Shown one piece after another: positions 61,830 to 64,000 of a stretch of DNA of 64,000 nt. Position numbers and translations under genes: made by a program. Numbering within the stretch: position 1 is the first letter of the stretch; every line of letters begins with the position of its first letter. Below the pieces are notes generated by a model. The model was not told where the DNA came from. It ran no database searches and worked only from the letters and a program-made list of their open reading frames with translations. The stretch is from an uncultured Chloroflexia bacterium (lineage in GTDB: Bacteria > Chloroflexota > Limnocylindria > Limnocylindrales > CSP1-4): NCBI GenBank assembly GCA_963711405.1, contig CAVQDZ010000008.1, forward strand, positions 34,387 through 98,386. The letters run 5' to 3'.

Positions 61830-63512
61830 CTAGTAAGCGCCCTGGGTGCGGATGGCGTCCGGTGCCTGGCGCGGTTGGGGCAGTCGTCGATCGAGGATCA
61901 TGCCGCCCGCGGCAAGTGGCTCGAGGTCGATGCTGAGCAGGTCAGGGTGCGGCATCGGCCGGGCGAGCAGGTAGCCCTGACCGGCGCCAATGCCCAGCTC
62001 ACGCACGGTGCGCAGCTGACCCGCGGTCTCCAGACCCTCGGCAATGACCGACGCGCCCCATCGTCCGGCCAGGTCACGCAGCGAGCGCAGCACAGCGCGC
62101 GATGAATCGCGCTCGGCGCCTTCCTGCACGAGCGACAGGTCGATCTTGACGATGTCGAAGCGGATCTGCGACAGCAGGCGCAGCCCGGCATTGCCCGCAC
62201 CGACATCGTCGGCGGCGATGCGCAGGCCGTTGCGCTGGAAGGCTGCCAACGTCGCTTGAAGGCGGCCCAGGTCCTCTGCCTTTTCACGTTCGGTCAGCTC
62301 GATCACCACTCGCTGGGGCGCGATGTTGTGGCGGGCCAGGATGGCCAGCAATGCGTCCGTCGAGAAATGGGGCGCCTCCACCGTACGCGGCGAGATGTTG
62401 ATGGCCAGCAGCTGCTCGACCGGCATGTTTCGAGCGCCGGCGACGACTGACTGGAGGCAGGTCAGGTCCAGCTCGACCGTCCGACCAACCATTTCGGCGG
62501 CGATGAACATCGAGCCTGGGTCTGCGAAACCGGATTCCGGCGTCGGACGCGTCAGGCCTTCGAAGCCGATCACGCGACCGGTGGTCAGATCGACGATGGG
62601 CTGGTAGACCGGGTTGATCATGTTGTCGTTGACGATGTGGGCGATCTGCGGCGAGAGCTGGTTGGTCACTTCAGCGCTGGCCGCCTTATCGCGCAGTGGG
62701 TTGAAGACATCGATCTGAGCGCGGCCGTGACGCTTGCACCAGTACAGTGCGGCGTCGGCCTGGGCATAGAGCTGGGCGCGATTGGTGGAGTGCTGCGGAC
62801 ACGAGGCAATGCCGGCTGAGAACGGCACCGCTCTCGCGCTGCCATGCGGCTGCAGCGCACGCTCGAGGAGACGACGCGCAATCTGCATCGCGCCGTCGGA
62901 ATCGGTGTGTGGCATGAGGATGGCGAACTCGTCGCCACCCACGCGGAACGCGCGGTCGGCGTAGCGCGTCAACTGGCGGATGAGGCGGCCCATCTCACGC
63001 AGCTGGTCGTCGCCCGCAATGTGGCCGCCGGAGTCGTTGACGAACTTGAGATCGTCGAGATCGATCAGCAGCAATGAGACCGGCACCTGGTAGCGCGAAT
63101 ACCACTCGATCTCGCGATCGAGCTCCTCCTGGAAGGCGCGGTGATTGCCCAATCCGGTAAGGCCATCGTGCAGAGAGTCCGCCTTGGCGGCGTCGTACAG
63201 CTCGCTCAACTCCGACCGCGATCGAGCCAGCTCCTCAGCCGGACCCAGAATCTGCCGTGACATCCACAGGGTCAGGGCGATGAGGAAGACCGTGAGCGCG
63301 ATCATCGCGCCAACTACTTCGAGCGTGGCCTGGCCCTCGTGCACCTCGATCGTTGCGCGCATCAAGACCATCAGCAAGACCATGGGCACGACAGCCATCG
63401 TGAGCAGCGCGAGACGCAGGCGCAGACGGACGAGGCGGATCTCCTTCGTCGTCGATGCGCTGTCTTTTGCGGTTTTGTCGGGTTTGTTCGGGTCTGCGGC
63501 TTCCTGCACCAA
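61830..63512 (-). CDS. membrane-anchored GGDEF-EAL (diguanylate cyclase/phosphodiesterase) protein
   Basis: 560 aa with a GTG start. Two TM segments. RVGGDEFAIL (GGDEF). EGLTRP, VIELTERE and AADDVGAG (EAL motifs). Confidence 0.85.
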   Translation of the reverse strand: MVQEAADPNKPDKTAKDSASTTKEIRLVRLRLRLALLTMAVVPMVLLMVLMRATIEVHEGQATLEVVGAMIALTVFLIALTLWMSRQILGPAEELARSRSELSELYDAAKADSLHDGLTGLGNHRAFQEELDREIEWYSRYQVPVSLLLIDLDDLKFVNDSGGHIAGDDQLREMGRLIRQLTRYADRAFRVGGDEFAILMPHTDSDGAMQIARRLLERALQPHGSARAVPFSAGIASCPQHSTNRAQLYAQADAALYWCKRHGRAQIDVFNPLRDKAASAEVTNQLSPQIAHIVNDNMINPVYQPIVDLTTGRVIGFEGLTRPTPESGFADPGSMFIAAEMVGRTVELDLTCLQSVVAGARNMPVEQLLAINISPRTVEAPHFSTDALLAILARHNIAPQRVVIELTEREKAEDLGRLQATLAAFQRNGLRIAADDVGAGNAGLRLLSQIRFDIVKIDLSLVQEGAERDSSRAVLRSLRDLAGRWGASVIAEGLETAGQLRTVRELGIGAGQGYLLARPMPHPDLLSIDLEPLAAGGMILDRRLPQPRQAPDAIRTQGAY

Positions 63513-63638
63513 TTTCCCTCAGATGGCGGATTACGTATCGCACCACCGGTCGGACCGCTTCCATGACCCGATCGTCCCGTACAGTCGCGAACGGCCGCGT
63601 GCTGGAAGGTGCACTGTGCTTACGTAGACTTGGCCGGG

Positions 63639-64000
63639 ATGAGATCGGAAGACACGCCTGTCCGCGTAACCGACCCCATCGGGGACCGGTTTCGCGTGCG
63701 CCTGCAGGCAAGCATCGACGTCAAGCAGGCGCTGCTGGGCGACCTTGGCCCGTCCATCGCTGTCGCGCGCGTGCTCATCGACGCATATCGCCAGGGCCAC
63801 GCGCTGTACCTGTTCGGCAACGGCGGCAGTGCCGCCGACGCGCAGCACATCGCCGCCGAATTCCTGGGTCGCTTCTATATCGAACGGCCGTCACTCGCGG
63901 CACACGCGCTGACGGTCAACACCTCGGCTTTGACTGCGATCGGCAACGACTATTCGTTCGACGAGATCTTTGCGCGCCAGCTGCGCGGCCTGGGTCACGC
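63639..64000 (+). CDS. gmhA: SIS-domain D-sedoheptulose-7-phosphate isomerase, partial (runs off the right edge)
   Basis: Absent from the ORF track because it is an edge ORF. My translation from the ATG at 63639 gives MRSEDTPVRVTDPIGDRFRVRLQASIDVKQALL...AYRQGHALYLFGNGGSAADAQHIAAEFLGRF...TALTAIGNDYSFDEIFARQL. Confidence 0.7.
   Translation, partial: MRSEDTPVRVTDPIGDRFRVRLQASIDVKQALLGDLGPSIAVARVLIDAYRQGHALYLFGNGGSAADAQHIAAEFLGRFYIERPSLAAHALTVNTSALTAIGNDYSFDEIFARQLRGLGH

Noticed and set aside
1-64000. Searched for tRNA, rRNA, transposase, integrase and phage genes
   Set aside because: No intergenic region folds into a cloverleaf with the conserved GTTC-type arm. No rRNA-like stretch and no recombinase-like ORF turned up on either strand.

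Overview
GC-rich bacterial chromosomal window. I found no rRNA, tRNA, CRISPR array, transposase or integrase. The gene content looks like Chloroflexota or Actinomycetota (F420-type LLM oxidoreductases, OpcA, LCP, MoaD-MoaE fusion, cyclase-ATPase-TPR), but this is inference only. Order of content: a secreted repeat protein (partial); an ECF sigma module with two beta-propeller proteins; LysM, HAD and LCP envelope genes; a pseudouridine salvage pair (psuG, psuK) next to an HTH-nuclease gene; an oxidative pentose phosphate cluster (tkt-pgi-gnd, a convergent/divergent glycosyltransferase, zwf-opcA-pgl); chrA; LLM plus a Rieske membrane protein; an EamA transporter; an SbcD-like nuclease plus a YhaN-like ATPase; a zinc-ribbon protein; a small XRE gene inside a complex inverted and tandem repeat structure; pruA, capA and gabT; a surface-protein locus (36.2-49.3 kb) with a ~880-aa and a ~2840-aa secreted beta-helix/PKD-like protein plus an S8 protease; CoA-transferase A and B split by a secreted-protein gene; M55 peptidase; MoaD-MoaE; LLM; RidA; a ~1090-aa class III cyclase-ATPase-TPR protein; a Kef-type antiporter; GGDEF-EAL; and gmhA (partial). 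Three points stand out. (1) About 35 single-nucleotide-class frame breaks hit 16 otherwise well-conserved genes, including core metabolism. I read this as consensus or assembly error rather than decay, but as sequenced those genes are listed as pseudogenes with full spans. (2) The XRE gene at 30077..30412 is bracketed by ~150-200 bp imperfect inverted repeats made of iterated units, with no recombinase nearby. (3) The giant modular surface-protein locus has a recent intragenic repeat and a leader shared between its two paralogues. All calls come from reading the supplied ORF translations and my own manual translation. No database search was run.
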